Below the pieces are notes generated by a model. The model worked only from the letters and a program-made list of their open reading frames with translations. It was not told the DNA's origin and did not search any database. From contig OY970327.1 in assembly GCA_963717365.1 (NCBI GenBank), positions 1,055,752-1,119,751 on the forward strand: a stretch of DNA of 64,000 nucleotides. The letters are read 5' to 3'. Below are positions 28,190 to 38,791 of the stretch, in pieces. Position 1 is the first letter of the stretch, and each line of letters opens with the position of its first letter. This stretch comes from Candidatus Saccharimonadia bacterium. Lineage in GTDB: Bacteria; Patescibacteriota; Saccharimonadia; Saccharimonadales; 2-12-FULL-41-12. A program made the translations under genes and the position numbers.

Positions 28190-28978
28190 ATGAGTATAAA
28201 TCTAGAAACACGAGCAGAACCATTAGAAGTAGATAGACGAAGGACAACCAGTTCTTCGTTTTTTATTGACGGGGAACAGCAGGCAGAGCCTGGTTTGGCC
28301 GCAAAGGGAACAGCACAGCAAACATTATATGAACGCACCCAAACCATCCATGCCTGGCAACCGGAAATAGGCTATCCCGCCTTTTTTATTAATGACCAAA
28401 AAGGCAAGACCAAGGCTATGGTTTCGACTGGTCTTGATCTTGACCAAGAAACGGCAGTTTGGCAAATTAATGTCTACGGCCAGGGCACCATACTGCATGG
28501 GCAAACCACTCAAACAGGAGACCGTTGGCAGTCAATTACCCGGGACCGGCAGGGAAGGCTGTGGCAGGAAGCGACGCTGTGGGATAAAAACTCACCCGGC
28601 TTGCTATCTTCTTTTGTGATAAGCGCGATTAGCAAGGTGAATAACTTGGATGTTATTGCGGAAACTATAATTCAAAACAGGGCGGCCAACAAAATAGAGT
28701 ACGATCATTACCGCGCATGGCTTCAGAAAAAAGACAAGTTTGGCTACGGCGATAAAAGACAAAAAGATTTGCTACGAGCATACTTCAATGCAAAATTTGA
28801 ATCCCATGACGCGATTTCTTTACAGCATATGGTTGAACCAAATAAAGATGACTATTGCCGCTGGCAAAACATCGGAAGCTTGCCTGCCATGGTTAGGGAG
28901 TTGCTTGCCAGTACTGATTACCAAGTCGTTGTTCAAGCTCCGGATTATACTGAAAAATCAGCTACAGAAACCGAATAA
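28190..28978 (+). CDS. Hypothetical protein (262 aa)
   Basis: ORF only. No family recognised. Confidence 0.5.
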   Translation: MSINLETRAEPLEVDRRRTTSSSFFIDGEQQAEPGLAAKGTAQQTLYERTQTIHAWQPEIGYPAFFINDQKGKTKAMVSTGLDLDQETAVWQINVYGQGTILHGQTTQTGDRWQSITRDRQGRLWQEATLWDKNSPGLLSSFVISAISKVNNLDVIAETIIQNRAANKIEYDHYRAWLQKKDKFGYGDKRQKDLLRAYFNAKFESHDAISLQHMVEPNKDDYCRWQNIGSLPAMVRELLASTDYQVVVQAPDYTEKSATETE

Positions 28979-29504
28979 ATTCAGCGTTTTGATAGCGGAT
29001 ATCACGTTCTGTTATGGGCAGGCCCTTAACGGCGCGGTACAAGGCGCGTCCAAAAGAGCCGTGGGCCACTACCAGTACGGTATCGTGGCCAAGCTCATGC
29101 AAGTAGGCCAGCGCCCGGTTGGCCCGTCGCTGCAACTGCTGGAGTGTTTCTACTTCTGGCAGGTGGTCAATGGCGCTTTCGTCAGCAAAGTAATCAACAC
29201 CAATTTTATCCGCTGGCTTTCCCTCAATTGATCCAAAGTTGCGCTCCTTGAATAGCTTGTTTACTTCGATTTTTTCCTGCGGGTAGTCAATCGCCTTCGC
29301 GACATGGGCGGCGGTATGGTGGGCACGCTGAAGCGGCGAGCTTACGATGATGTCAAACGACATGCCGCGCTCCCGGGCTTTTTTCCCGGCCAGCTTTGCT
29401 TGCTGGTGACCTTCTTCTGTAAGCGGCGTGTCAGTATGGCCCGCCATAGCATTTACTTTATTAAGTTCGCTTAATCCATGCCGAATAAAATAAAGTTGTT
29501 TCAT
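28962..29504 (-). CDS. Histidine phosphatase family protein (phosphoglycerate mutase-like)
   Basis: LYFIRHGLSELN (RHG) and VLVVAHGSFGRAL (second His). Confidence 0.85.
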   Translation of the reverse strand: MKQLYFIRHGLSELNKVNAMAGHTDTPLTEEGHQQAKLAGKKARERGMSFDIIVSSPLQRAHHTAAHVAKAIDYPQEKIEVNKLFKERNFGSIEGKPADKIGVDYFADESAIDHLPEVETLQQLQRRANRALAYLHELGHDTVLVVAHGSFGRALYRAVKGLPITERDIRYQNAEFIRFL

Positions 29505-29552
29505 ATATTTCTATTATAGCAATGAAAGGGTGTTTCGGATTACAATGGGGGT

Positions 29553-30500
29553 ATGCATGTACTCGCTGCAAGCCAGTTCAATCCCGAAGAAATGGAGGAT
29601 ATCTTTAATCAAGCTGACCAAATGCGGTTGGAGTGTCAGAGCGTCGAGGGACGCCGGGAATTAGCCAGCCGGCATATTGGCGAACAGATTTGCAGTATGT
29701 TTTACGAGTCTTCTACTCGTACTAAAGCAAGCTTTGAACTTGCCGCTTTAAAATTAGGAATGGGAATTTTTGAAACAGAAAATGCTGGTGAATTCTCATC
29801 AATCTCTAAAGGTGAAACAATCCAAGATACGGTTCGCGTACTTGGCAGTTACGGTATTTCGGCGATAATATTACGAACTAAAAAAGAAGGGGAAGCTGCT
29901 CTTGCGGCTACCGCTAGTCCGGTGCCAATTATTAACGCTGGCGATGGTACGGGTGAGCATCCGACGCAATCATTACTCGATGCTTATACTATTAAGCGTG
30001 AAGTTGGACGGCTTGACGGCTTGCATATAGTCATGGGGGGCGACCTAAAGCATGGCCGTACGGTTCGCTCACTGAGCCAGGTACTCGCGAAGTATCCGAA
30101 TAATCACATCACGTACGTTTCGATGCCGGAACTGCAAATTGGTGATGATATCAAAACGCTACTGCTTGCCCATGGAACAGGCTGTTCTGAGACGCCTGAT
30201 ATGTCTGAGGCACTCCATGACGCAGACGTTGTGTATTGGACAAGGCTACAAAAGGAACGCTTGCAAAATCCAGATGCAATTCCAAATGGGGGCTTCGTAA
30301 TTGATAAAGTGGCGCTAGAGACAATGTCAGACAGTGCAATTATTATGCATCCGTTACCTCGAATTGACGAGATTACTCTTGATGTAGATAATGACCCGCG
30401 CGCCAAGTATTTCGAGCAGGCTGAGAATGGCTTATATATTCGTATGGCCCTGCTTGATCGCGTAGTTTCTGTTACCAGCCGGCAGCACTTGCTACTATAA
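29553..30500 (+). CDS. pyrB: Aspartate carbamoyltransferase catalytic subunit
   Basis: STRTKASFE, HPTQSLLD, TRLQKERL and HPLPRIDEI motifs. Confidence 0.85.
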   Translation: MHVLAASQFNPEEMEDIFNQADQMRLECQSVEGRRELASRHIGEQICSMFYESSTRTKASFELAALKLGMGIFETENAGEFSSISKGETIQDTVRVLGSYGISAIILRTKKEGEAALAATASPVPIINAGDGTGEHPTQSLLDAYTIKREVGRLDGLHIVMGGDLKHGRTVRSLSQVLAKYPNNHITYVSMPELQIGDDIKTLLLAHGTGCSETPDMSEALHDADVVYWTRLQKERLQNPDAIPNGGFVIDKVALETMSDSAIIMHPLPRIDEITLDVDNDPRAKYFEQAENGLYIRMALLDRVVSVTSRQHLLL

Positions 30501-31372
30501 TGAGCACGTCTTTAGAACCAGGAAGATATGTGGTTGCCGTTTCTGGCGGCGTTGACTCGGTGGTATTGCTGCACACGCTGTATACGGAGCCGGCACTGAC
30601 GTTGGTAGTGGCGCATTTTGACCATGGTATCCGGACTGATTCGGGAGATGACGCAGCCTTTGTAGCTGGCTTAGCGGAACAGTATGGATTGGAGTTTGTT
30701 GGCGGCATTGTTAAGCTTGGCCCGGATGCCAGTGAGGATACTGCCCGCAAGCACCGCTATGAATTTTTGCATGACGTCCGCGTGCAGACTGGTGCCGGTG
30801 CTGTGGTAACTGCGCATCACCAGGACGATGTGATTGAAACGGCGCTGATGAACGTGATGCGTGGCACCAAGCGGCGGGGCTTTGTGTCGTTGCGCTCAAC
30901 AGAAACGATTAAGCGCCCGTTGCTTGGCATGACCAAGCAAGCTATTCGCGAGTACGCCACTGAACATTGTCTAGAGTGGGTTGAAGACAGTACTAATCGA
31001 GAAATGAAATTCACGCGCAACCGAATTCGCGCCCAGTTATATCGCCGTCTGACCAGCTTGAAACGCAATCAAATTTTGGTACAGCTTGAAACAATTAACT
31101 CATGCAATACATATATCGATGTACTACTTGATGAAATATTGATGAAAATTAAAAACAACTTAAGCAAAGAAATGATTTCTAAAACAGATAAATTAGTTGC
31201 GGCGGAGATCATTGCCAGCTGGCTGCGGCGCAACCAGGCGAGTTTTGATAAAAAGACTATAGAGCGTGTTCTTGAGGGTGCCAAAGAACTGCAAAATGGC
31301 TCTAAAATAGATATAGATAAGCAGTATTATTGTCTGCTTACAAAAAACGAAATTATCCTAACTCCTAGATAA
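30500..31372 (+). CDS. tilS: tRNA(Ile)-lysidine synthase (short form)
   Basis: PP-loop VAVSGGVDSVVLL, followed by HFDHGIR and TAHHQDD. Confidence 0.85.
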   Translation: MSTSLEPGRYVVAVSGGVDSVVLLHTLYTEPALTLVVAHFDHGIRTDSGDDAAFVAGLAEQYGLEFVGGIVKLGPDASEDTARKHRYEFLHDVRVQTGAGAVVTAHHQDDVIETALMNVMRGTKRRGFVSLRSTETIKRPLLGMTKQAIREYATEHCLEWVEDSTNREMKFTRNRIRAQLYRRLTSLKRNQILVQLETINSCNTYIDVLLDEILMKIKNNLSKEMISKTDKLVAAEIIASWLRRNQASFDKKTIERVLEGAKELQNGSKIDIDKQYYCLLTKNEIILTPR

Positions 31373-31387
31373 TCTGTATAATATCCT

Positions 31388-33277
31388 GTGTCTATGGATA
31401 AAAAACCGTTTAAGATCAATCAATCTGGTCCTGGTAATAAAGGGAATAAAAGAAAGAATAGTTTCAAAAGCGCTGGCTTTATCGCGCTGCTGGTACTGTT
31501 CGGATTAATTATTTTTTCTGCTACCAACCAACCAAGCAAACTCGCCGATTCTAGCTTTTCTGATGTAATCAGGCGTGCTAATAACGGCGAAATCAAGAAA
31601 ATTGAAATTGCTGGAGAAGAACTGAGCATTACTAAGAAGGATGAAAATCAGCCCAGTGAAAAGTCCCGCAAAGAAGCCGGCTCTAGTATTTATGAGCAAG
31701 GCTTAAAAACAGATGCACCGGTAGCCGTTGATGTTAAGCCAAAGTCAAACAGCAGCGCAATCTGGACCAATATTGGGATTAGCTTGCTACCAATTCTTAT
31801 CATATGTATTATTTTGTTTTACATGCTCAGAAGCGCCCAGGGACAAGGCAACCAGGCTATGAGTTTTGGCAAAAGCCGTGCTCGTTTATATGGCAACGAA
31901 AAAGAAAAGGTAACATTTGCTCAGATTGCGGGCAGCGATGAAGCCAAACAAGATCTTGAAGAGGTGGTTGAATTTCTAAAATTCCCAAAGAAATTTGACG
32001 CTGTTGGTGCCCGTATTCCAAAAGGCGTGCTACTAGTGGGCCCGCCGGGTACTGGTAAGACTATGTTGGCACGAGCCGTAGCCGGCGAAGCCGATACTCC
32101 ATTCTTTAGTATTAGCGGTTCCGAGTTTGTCGAAATGTTTGTCGGCGTTGGTGCATCCCGTGTCCGAGACTTGTTTGCCAAAGCTAAAAAGAACGCACCA
32201 TGTATTATCTTCGTTGATGAAATTGATGCCGTAGGTCGCAAACGCGGTTCCGGTATGGGCGGCGGACACGATGAGCGCGAACAAACTCTCAACCAGATTT
32301 TGGTTGAAATGGACGGCTTTGAACAAGGTCAAACTGTAATTGTTCTAGCTGCTACCAACCGCTCTGACGTGCTTGATCCCGCCTTACTTCGTCCCGGTCG
32401 CTTTGACCGCCGCGTGAACATCGGTCTTCCCGACCGCCGCGACCGTGAGGCTATTCTCAAAGTGCACCTTAAAAAGAAACCGGTTGCTAAGTCGGTTGAT
32501 ATTTCTGCCTTAGCAGCTAAAACTGCCGGAAGTTCTGGTGCTGACCTCGCTAATATTACGAACGAAGCCGCTATCTTAGCTGCCCGTAGAAACAGCAAAG
32601 AAATTACCAACGAAATTATCACTAGCGCCTTTGAAAAAGTTGCCATCGGTCCAGAGCGCAAGAGCAAGATAATGAGCGACCACGAAAAAGAGCTCACCGC
32701 CTACCATGAAGCTGGTCATGCTATTGTTGGCCATGTTTTGCCTGATAGCGACCTGGTTCACAAAGTAACTATTATCCCGCGTGGTGGCACCGGGGGCGTA
32801 ACGTGGTTTATCCCACCTGAAGACAAAAGTTATCACAGCATCCGTGAATATAAAGACGTCCTGGCTCGCATGATGGGTGGACGTATCGCCGAGGAGGTTG
32901 TCTATGGCAAAGACCGGGTTACTACCGGTGCTGGATCCGATTTGCAAAAAGCCGCCGAACTAGCCCGAGACATGGTTATTAGTCAAGGTATGGGCGATGG
33001 ACTGCGCGATCAAGTTTTTCACGTTGAATCTGGCATGATGTTTGAACGTATGACCCACGAAAAACAATACTCAGAAGATACCGCTAAATTAATTGATGAC
33101 GAAATTGAGACTTTGATTACCGAGGCTGCTGTCCGTGCCCGCGAAGTAATTAAGGCGAATAAGACTTCGCTTGAAGCACTCAAAGAAGCCCTGCTTGAAA
33201 AAGAAACACTTGAAGCTGAAGAAGTCATCAAGATTCTAAAAGATTCTCATTTGCCAAAAGCCGCCGCTTTATACTAG
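31388..33277 (+). CDS. ftsH: ATP-dependent zinc metalloprotease FtsH
   Basis: Walker A GPPGTGKT, Walker [12 protein letters not shown] region, and zinc motif HEAGHA. Confidence 0.95.
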   Translation: MSMDKKPFKINQSGPGNKGNKRKNSFKSAGFIALLVLFGLIIFSATNQPSKLADSSFSDVIRRANNGEIKKIEIAGEELSITKKDENQPSEKSRKEAGSSIYEQGLKTDAPVAVDVKPKSNSSAIWTNIGISLLPILIICIILFYMLRSAQGQGNQAMSFGKSRARLYGNEKEKVTFAQIAGSDEAKQDLEEVVEFLKFPKKFDAVGARIPKGVLLVGPPGTGKTMLARAVAGEADTPFFSISGSEFVEMFVGVGASRVRDLFAKAKKNAPCIIFVDEIDAVGRKRGSGMGGGHDEREQTLNQILVEMDGFEQGQTVIVLAATNRSDVLDPALLRPGRFDRRVNIGLPDRRDREAILKVHLKKKPVAKSVDISALAAKTAGSSGADLANITNEAAILAARRNSKEITNEIITSAFEKVAIGPERKSKIMSDHEKELTAYHEAGHAIVGHVLPDSDLVHKVTIIPRGGTGGVTWFIPPEDKSYHSIREYKDVLARMMGGRIAEEVVYGKDRVTTGAGSDLQKAAELARDMVISQGMGDGLRDQVFHVESGMMFERMTHEKQYSEDTAKLIDDEIETLITEAAVRAREVIKANKTSLEALKEALLEKETLEAEEVIKILKDSHLPKAAALY

Positions 33278-33313
33278 GCAAGTCTCTTAAAGTTTGCAAC
33301 ATAGGGTTCTGCT

Positions 33314-33358
33314 GCTATACCTACGTTTCATTAAATTTTAATGAAACGTAGGTATAGC
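33314..33358. repeat. Perfect 22+22-bp palindrome, member of a repeated palindromic element family
   Basis: GCTATACCTACGTTTCATTAAA-T-TTTAATGAAACGTAGGTATAGC. A related copy is at 39570-39614. Confidence 0.75.
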
Positions 33359-33450
33359 ACTTTGCCCGCATGGTGTACATCTAAATACTTGTAAATGCCA
33401 ATTAGCTGGCAAGTGTAAAATTGTGCTAAACAGCTTATAATAGGGCACTA

Positions 33451-35046
33451 GTGAATCGTCGTACTCGTCTAGTGTCGCGCGCCAATAAGCGAATCAGTCT
33501 CGGTAATGCCGCGGCTTTGCTGATATTTGCCTCTATGTTTGGGCTAATACTAGGCTTTTTGCGTACCAAATTGGTTAACGCTAACTTTAGCGCACTCGGG
33601 CCAGAAAGTACTGATGCCTACTTTGCTGCTTTCAAAATCCCTGACTTATTTTTTTTCACCGTAGCTGCCGGCGCGCTAGGTGTTGCTTTTATGCCGTTCC
33701 TGGCAGATAAGCTGGCAAAAAATGACCGCAAATCTATCTGGGAATTAAGTAACAGCTTGCTTAACTTGCTAGCAATCATTATGTTTTTTGTTGGCATCGT
33801 TATCTTTGTTTTTGCCGAGCCATTGATCCGCTATGTGGTTGCCCCAACCATGACCGAAGACCAGGTTCATAACGCGGTCACCATAATGCGCTATATTGCG
33901 TTCAACCCATTCCTGTTTACTATTTCCGGTATTCTAACCAGTGTTCAGCAAACCTTTGGGCGTTTCTTTTTCTTTGCCATCGCACCGCTGTTTTATAACG
34001 GCTCAATTATTCTGAGCATCTATGTCTTCGAAGACAGTCTGGGTTTAATTGGCCTTGGCGTCGGGGCCTTGCTGGGCGCCATTCTGCAGCTGCTCGTATC
34101 GCTGGCTGGTTTTATTGGTCTGCACTACCGTTACAAAATGCAGATAAAATGGAAGAATCCTGACTTCCGACTAATCTTGCAGCAGCTGCCATCGCGTTCG
34201 CTGGACCAGGGGATTGATTCGGTAAACAGTATCGTGGAAACAAATCTGGCTCGACGCCTAGGAGAGGGTAAGCTGAGCTATTATGAGAATGCTTTTATTT
34301 TGCATACGGCACCGACGTTATTAATTGGTACCACTATCTCTACTGCCGCATTTCCGCGTCTGAATGACCGTTTATCGCAGAACCGGCCGGACTTGTTCCG
34401 AAAAGATTTTTTGCAGATTTTAAGGGTAATTATTTGGCTGACGTTGCCAATAGCCGTGATTGCTTATTTTGCTCGAGGCTATCTGGCCCGTTTGATTTTT
34501 ACTAATGACGCGCCCCAAATCGCACTCATTCTCGGTTTCTTTACCGGAGCAATTCTGTTTCGAACTATTTACGCTCTAGTCTCACGCTGGTTTTATGCCC
34601 AAAAAGACTCGCGTACGCCGTTGTATGTTTCCTTGTTCGCAATCGCCCTAAACATTGTGCTAGCCTATGTACTCTCGCGGCCTGATGCATATGACGTTGC
34701 CGGTTTAGCAATGGCGCAATCCATTGTTGCTGCCGCCGAGGTAGCCATCCTTGGTGTCGTTATGGTAATCCGCGACCGTAAGCTACTTGATAAAGAATTT
34801 TGGAGCGCCATCTACCGCATCCTTTCCGTAACCGGTTTCACGGTAATTACTGCCTTTATAATGCTCACCTTCTTGCCGCTCAACACCACGGACCGCGGTT
34901 TCATTACGCTCGGCGCAAAGCTCGGCGCAATTTCCGCGGTCACCCTGCTGGTGCACTTTGGTATGTCGGCGCTGTTCGGTTTGGAAGAAGTTCGTCCGGT
35001 TATCCGTAAGATCCGTAAACTCATTATGGTTCCGGTAAAAATGTAA
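33451..35046 (+). CDS. murJ: Lipid II flippase MurJ (MviN family)
   Basis: About 14 TM helices. The N-terminal ILGFLRTKLVNANF...DAYFAAFKIPDLFF matches the MurJ signature. Confidence 0.8.
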   Translation: MNRRTRLVSRANKRISLGNAAALLIFASMFGLILGFLRTKLVNANFSALGPESTDAYFAAFKIPDLFFFTVAAGALGVAFMPFLADKLAKNDRKSIWELSNSLLNLLAIIMFFVGIVIFVFAEPLIRYVVAPTMTEDQVHNAVTIMRYIAFNPFLFTISGILTSVQQTFGRFFFFAIAPLFYNGSIILSIYVFEDSLGLIGLGVGALLGAILQLLVSLAGFIGLHYRYKMQIKWKNPDFRLILQQLPSRSLDQGIDSVNSIVETNLARRLGEGKLSYYENAFILHTAPTLLIGTTISTAAFPRLNDRLSQNRPDLFRKDFLQILRVIIWLTLPIAVIAYFARGYLARLIFTNDAPQIALILGFFTGAILFRTIYALVSRWFYAQKDSRTPLYVSLFAIALNIVLAYVLSRPDAYDVAGLAMAQSIVAAAEVAILGVVMVIRDRKLLDKEFWSAIYRILSVTGFTVITAFIMLTFLPLNTTDRGFITLGAKLGAISAVTLLVHFGMSALFGLEEVRPVIRKIRKLIMVPVKM

Positions 35047-35052
35047 GAACCT

Positions 35053-35799
35053 ATGGTGCGTACAGCTACATATACAAAAAATGCCCTTGATAAACTCATG
35101 CTCCTAGAAGATAAACTGGGTAGTGATGTAGCCTTTTTCGTGGAACCAAATATGATCCTGACGCTTTCAGGCGTTAGAGGCTTTGCTGATCATATAACGT
35201 ATTACAAACTGGCGTCGGACAGAGACAAAATACTGGCTGTTTTTTCGGCGGCCCAGAGCATCCAGGAGAAGTTAGATTTACAAATTTTTCCCGAAGCAAG
35301 TCAAAATGTATCCGGTAAGCCTTTGGTAGCCTGTGAAGTTATTAATTTAACTGGCTTACGGAGAACGCTAGGTATGACAAAGCTCGTATCAATGAGCGCC
35401 CCTGCCGCCATATCTACATATGAAGACTACATGGCTTGGTATGCGGAATACCTGAAGAAAGTAGCCCAAAACCATCCTGGAACGAGCTACGCTGCCCAGC
35501 AAGATATTGCCTTTGGCATCGTCCTAGGCTATCCGGACGTTGCTATCAAGTCAATACTGGAAGAAACCGAAGAAAATGGTTCTGATTATATGGACGCAAG
35601 AATTGCCTGCGCCACGCAATACGTGTGCCCGCAACCTATCTATAGTTACCACAAAAAACTAAAAGATTATTCCGAGATTACCTACCACGAGGAATTATGG
35701 AGTGAGATATTGCAGGCTGTATACCAGTCTGAGTGGCACCAGCGTATAGCTAAAGATAAGAACTTTAATGCTGTCCGCGCTTTCATCGAAAAATATTAA
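35053..35799 (+). CDS. Hypothetical protein (248 aa)
   Basis: ORF only. Confidence 0.5.
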   Translation: MVRTATYTKNALDKLMLLEDKLGSDVAFFVEPNMILTLSGVRGFADHITYYKLASDRDKILAVFSAAQSIQEKLDLQIFPEASQNVSGKPLVACEVINLTGLRRTLGMTKLVSMSAPAAISTYEDYMAWYAEYLKKVAQNHPGTSYAAQQDIAFGIVLGYPDVAIKSILEETEENGSDYMDARIACATQYVCPQPIYSYHKKLKDYSEITYHEELWSEILQAVYQSEWHQRIAKDKNFNAVRAFIEKY

Positions 35800-35824
35800 A
35801 CTGGCATACCTCTGTTATAATTGA

Positions 35825-37612
35825 TTGGATATGGATCAGTCTCACATTCGGAATTTTTGTATTATCGCGCATATTGATCATGGCAAAAGCACGCTTGCGG
35901 ACAGGTTGCTGGAGTTAACCGGCACCGTTAAAAAACGCGACATGAAAGCACAGCTACTCGACAAAATGGATTTAGAACGCGAAAAGGGCATTACGATTAA
36001 ACTGGCGCCAGTGCGTATGAGCTACAAGGGTTATCAGCTGAATCTGATTGATACTCCTGGACACGTGGATTTCTCATATGAGGTGTCACGGAGCCTTGAG
36101 GCCTGCGAAGGCGCCATATTAGTGGTAGACGCTAGTCAGGGCATTCAAGCCCAGACACTGGCTAATGTGTACCTTGCACTGGGTGCCGACCTGACGATTA
36201 TCCCGGTTTTGAACAAAATTGATCTGCCAGCTGCCGATGTGCCCCGTGTTACCAAGGAAGTAGTCAATCTTCTGGGCTGCAAACCGGAAGAAATTTTGCA
36301 AATTAGTGCTAAAACCGGCGTTGGCGTTGATACGGTACTGGACGCGGTAATTGAGCGCATTAATCCGCCGGCTACTAATACGGCCACCACTACCCGGGCT
36401 CTTATCTTCGACAGCTACTATGATGATTACCGCGGCGTGGTGTTATATGTGCGCGCGGTTGACGGTGCTATAAAGAAAAACGACAACATCAAAATGCTGG
36501 CGACTGCGGCTGAAGGCCTGGCCTTGGAAGTTGGCTCACTGGCGCCAGTTATGACGCCGCAGACGCAGGTTGCAACCGGTGAAATTGGCTACATTGTTAC
36601 TAACTTGCGCAGTACTCGGGAAGCTAAAGTTGGTGACACTGTTACGTTAGCTCGCAACCCAGCAACCGATGCGCTGCCCGGCTATAAGGATGTAAAGCCG
36701 TTTGTGTATGCTGGCTTTTTCCCTGAGAGCAACGAACAGTACCAAGATTTGAAGGACGCCATCGAAAAACTGACGCTGAGTGATTCGGCGCTGCAGTACG
36801 AACTGGAAAATTCACCAGTACTTGGCTTTGGTGTCCGGATTGGTTTTCTGGGTTTGTTGCACATGGATATTGTCCGCGAGCGGCTGGAGCGGGAATATAA
36901 TCTCGACCTAATTATTACCAACCCCAGCACAGACTATAAAGTGCGATTATTAAGCGGCGATGAAATTGACATAAAAAGCGCGGCGGCCTTGCCTGATCCG
37001 GCGAAGATCATAGAAATTGCCGAACCGTGGATTAACGGCGAGATTGTGGTGCCCAAAACGTACGTCGGTGCCGTCATCCAGTTAGTAGCAAACAAGCGCG
37101 GCGTTCATAAAAACGTCAGTTATGTTGATGACCAGTTGGCCTTGGTTGCTTTTGACGCGCCGCTAGCCAACTTACTAACAGATTTCTACGACCAGCTTAA
37201 AAGTGTGACCAGCGGCTATGGTAGTTTTAACTATGAACTGTCTGGCTACCGAGTAGAAGACTTGGTGCGAGTTGATTTTTATGTGGCTGCGGAAATTGTG
37301 AACGCCTTATCGATTATGGTTCATAAAACAGAGGCTGAAGGAATCGGCCGGGAAGTAGTGGAAAAACTAAAAGAAGTAATTCCACGCCATAACTTTTTAA
37401 TCCCATTGCAGGCGGCGATCGGTGGCCGGTTTATTGCCCGTGCCGACGTGAAAGCCTATCGCAAAGACGTTACGGCCAAACTGTATGGCGGTGATGTCAG
37501 CCGGCGTAAGAAACTACTCGAAAAACAAAAGAAGGGTAAAGCCCGTGCTAAGCGATTTGGCAATGTCGATATCCCGTCTGAAGCATTCACGGTACTGCTA
37601 AAAAGAGACTAA
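35825..37612 (+). CDS. lepA: Translation elongation factor 4 (LepA)
   Basis: IRNFCIIAHIDHGKSTLADRLL, DTPGHVDF, NKIDL, and the C-terminal LepA-specific region. Confidence 0.95.
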   Translation: MDMDQSHIRNFCIIAHIDHGKSTLADRLLELTGTVKKRDMKAQLLDKMDLEREKGITIKLAPVRMSYKGYQLNLIDTPGHVDFSYEVSRSLEACEGAILVVDASQGIQAQTLANVYLALGADLTIIPVLNKIDLPAADVPRVTKEVVNLLGCKPEEILQISAKTGVGVDTVLDAVIERINPPATNTATTTRALIFDSYYDDYRGVVLYVRAVDGAIKKNDNIKMLATAAEGLALEVGSLAPVMTPQTQVATGEIGYIVTNLRSTREAKVGDTVTLARNPATDALPGYKDVKPFVYAGFFPESNEQYQDLKDAIEKLTLSDSALQYELENSPVLGFGVRIGFLGLLHMDIVRERLEREYNLDLIITNPSTDYKVRLLSGDEIDIKSAAALPDPAKIIEIAEPWINGEIVVPKTYVGAVIQLVANKRGVHKNVSYVDDQLALVAFDAPLANLLTDFYDQLKSVTSGYGSFNYELSGYRVEDLVRVDFYVAAEIVNALSIMVHKTEAEGIGREVVEKLKEVIPRHNFLIPLQAAIGGRFIARADVKAYRKDVTAKLYGGDVSRRKKLLEKQKKGKARAKRFGNVDIPSEAFTVLLKRD

Positions 37613-37660
37613 TAATTGTTGCATAGACTCTACAAAAGTAATTTTTAAATCACACACTCC

Positions 37661-37713
37661 ATACACATTTGACTAGTTAATAGATGTGTATACTATGTGT
37701 ATTGAATGTGTAA
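37661..37713 (+). promoter_or_regulatory. Array of ATGTGTAT repeats: three direct copies at 11-bp phase plus one inverted copy
   Basis: ATACACAT at 37661-37668. ATGTGTAT at 37684 and 37695, and ATGTGTAA at 37706. TTGACT at 37669-37674 lies between them. Confidence 0.45.
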
Positions 37714-37743
37714 TTTTAAAAACCACGTAAAATAAAGAGTGTT

Positions 37744-38481
37744 TTGCAGCTATTTATTACTATGAGTCGATTATTAAACGCTGATGAAGCCCATAAGTTT
37801 GAAAAAATTCTGGCGGAATACCAACCTAATAACGAAGTTCTAGAATTGTTTCGAAACAGTAATTTTAATGTTATTGATGGTCCGGCAGGCGGCGGCAAAG
37901 ATACGCTTAGGAATAGTTTAATCAAAGAATACCCTGATATATATTTGCCTATTTTATCAACCACAACCAGACCTCCCCGGCAGGGTGAAGTAGACGGTCA
38001 AACCTACCATTTTTGGGAAATAGAACAGGTGGAGCAGGGGCTTAAGCAACGAGAATTTTTTCAAACCGCTCTGATACATCGTCAACAAATATCCAGTTTA
38101 CATGTTGAGGAAATTAAGAAACTCAGCAATAATCGAACAGGCTTAAGCATATTAATAATTTCTGTTGAAGCAGAAATGCGGGCGATAAAACCCGATATTA
38201 AAACAGTCTTTTTAATTCCGCCAGATTATCAAACATTGCTTGAGCGGATGAACACTGAACGAATGCTCGCTAAAGACGAGGTTGCAAGACGCTTGCAAGG
38301 CGCAAAATCTGAGATTGCCTTAGCGCTAGACCTGTCTCATGTCTACTGCCTGGTGAGTGACACGGTTCAGCATGTCACTGATGTCGCTCACGCCTATTTC
38401 CAAAACGATATACGCGATGATATGGAAGATGAACGGGCGCGCCTTCAAATGCGCACAATACTTAAATCACTCGATGTTTAA
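37744..38481 (+). CDS. Guanylate kinase-like protein (paralog 1)
   Basis: P-loop GPAGGGKDT and STTTRPPRQGEVDGQTYHF. The start may be the ATG at 37762. Confidence 0.65.
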   Translation: MQLFITMSRLLNADEAHKFEKILAEYQPNNEVLELFRNSNFNVIDGPAGGGKDTLRNSLIKEYPDIYLPILSTTTRPPRQGEVDGQTYHFWEIEQVEQGLKQREFFQTALIHRQQISSLHVEEIKKLSNNRTGLSILIISVEAEMRAIKPDIKTVFLIPPDYQTLLERMNTERMLAKDEVARRLQGAKSEIALALDLSHVYCLVSDTVQHVTDVAHAYFQNDIRDDMEDERARLQMRTILKSLDV

Positions 38482-38496
38482 TGATAGGATACTGCT

Positions 38497-38763
38497 ATGA
38501 AAGAAAATAAGAAGGACTACATTCCATTTACTAAACAGGAACAACGTCTGATCGCGGCAATTGAGAAAAAACGTATGTCGGCGGAATCACGATATCCGCT
38601 ACTGGTTGGGTTGTTGGCAACCTTTGGCTTTGTGTCTGTGCTATATGGTTTTGAGAAGATAATCGACAATATCGAATTCCTAGTTAATAACCCGCTGATC
38701 TTACTGCTCACCGGCTTATTAACGCTGGGACTGACAGGTGCGGCTTACAAAAAACTCAACTAG
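38497..38763 (+). CDS. Small membrane protein (88 aa, two TM helices)
   Basis: Hydrophobic segments LLVGLLATFGFVSVLYGF and LILLLTGLLTLGLTGAAY. Confidence 0.5.
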   Translation: MKENKKDYIPFTKQEQRLIAAIEKKRMSAESRYPLLVGLLATFGFVSVLYGFEKIIDNIEFLVNNPLILLLTGLLTLGLTGAAYKKLN

Positions 38764-38791
38764 TACTAGGTAGGAGTTATGTTGGTAAGCG

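Noticed and set aside
28740-29231. Plus-strand 163-aa ORF bridging the end of 28190..28978 and the antisense of the phosphatase 28962..29504.
   Set aside because: It overlaps two better-supported genes, one of which has clear RHG motifs, and it has no domain signal.
31420-33231. Minus-strand ORFs overlapping ftsH (31921..32292, 32329..32697, 32576..32947 and others).
   Set aside because: These are antisense to a highly conserved gene, and their composition is typical of reverse-frame artefacts.
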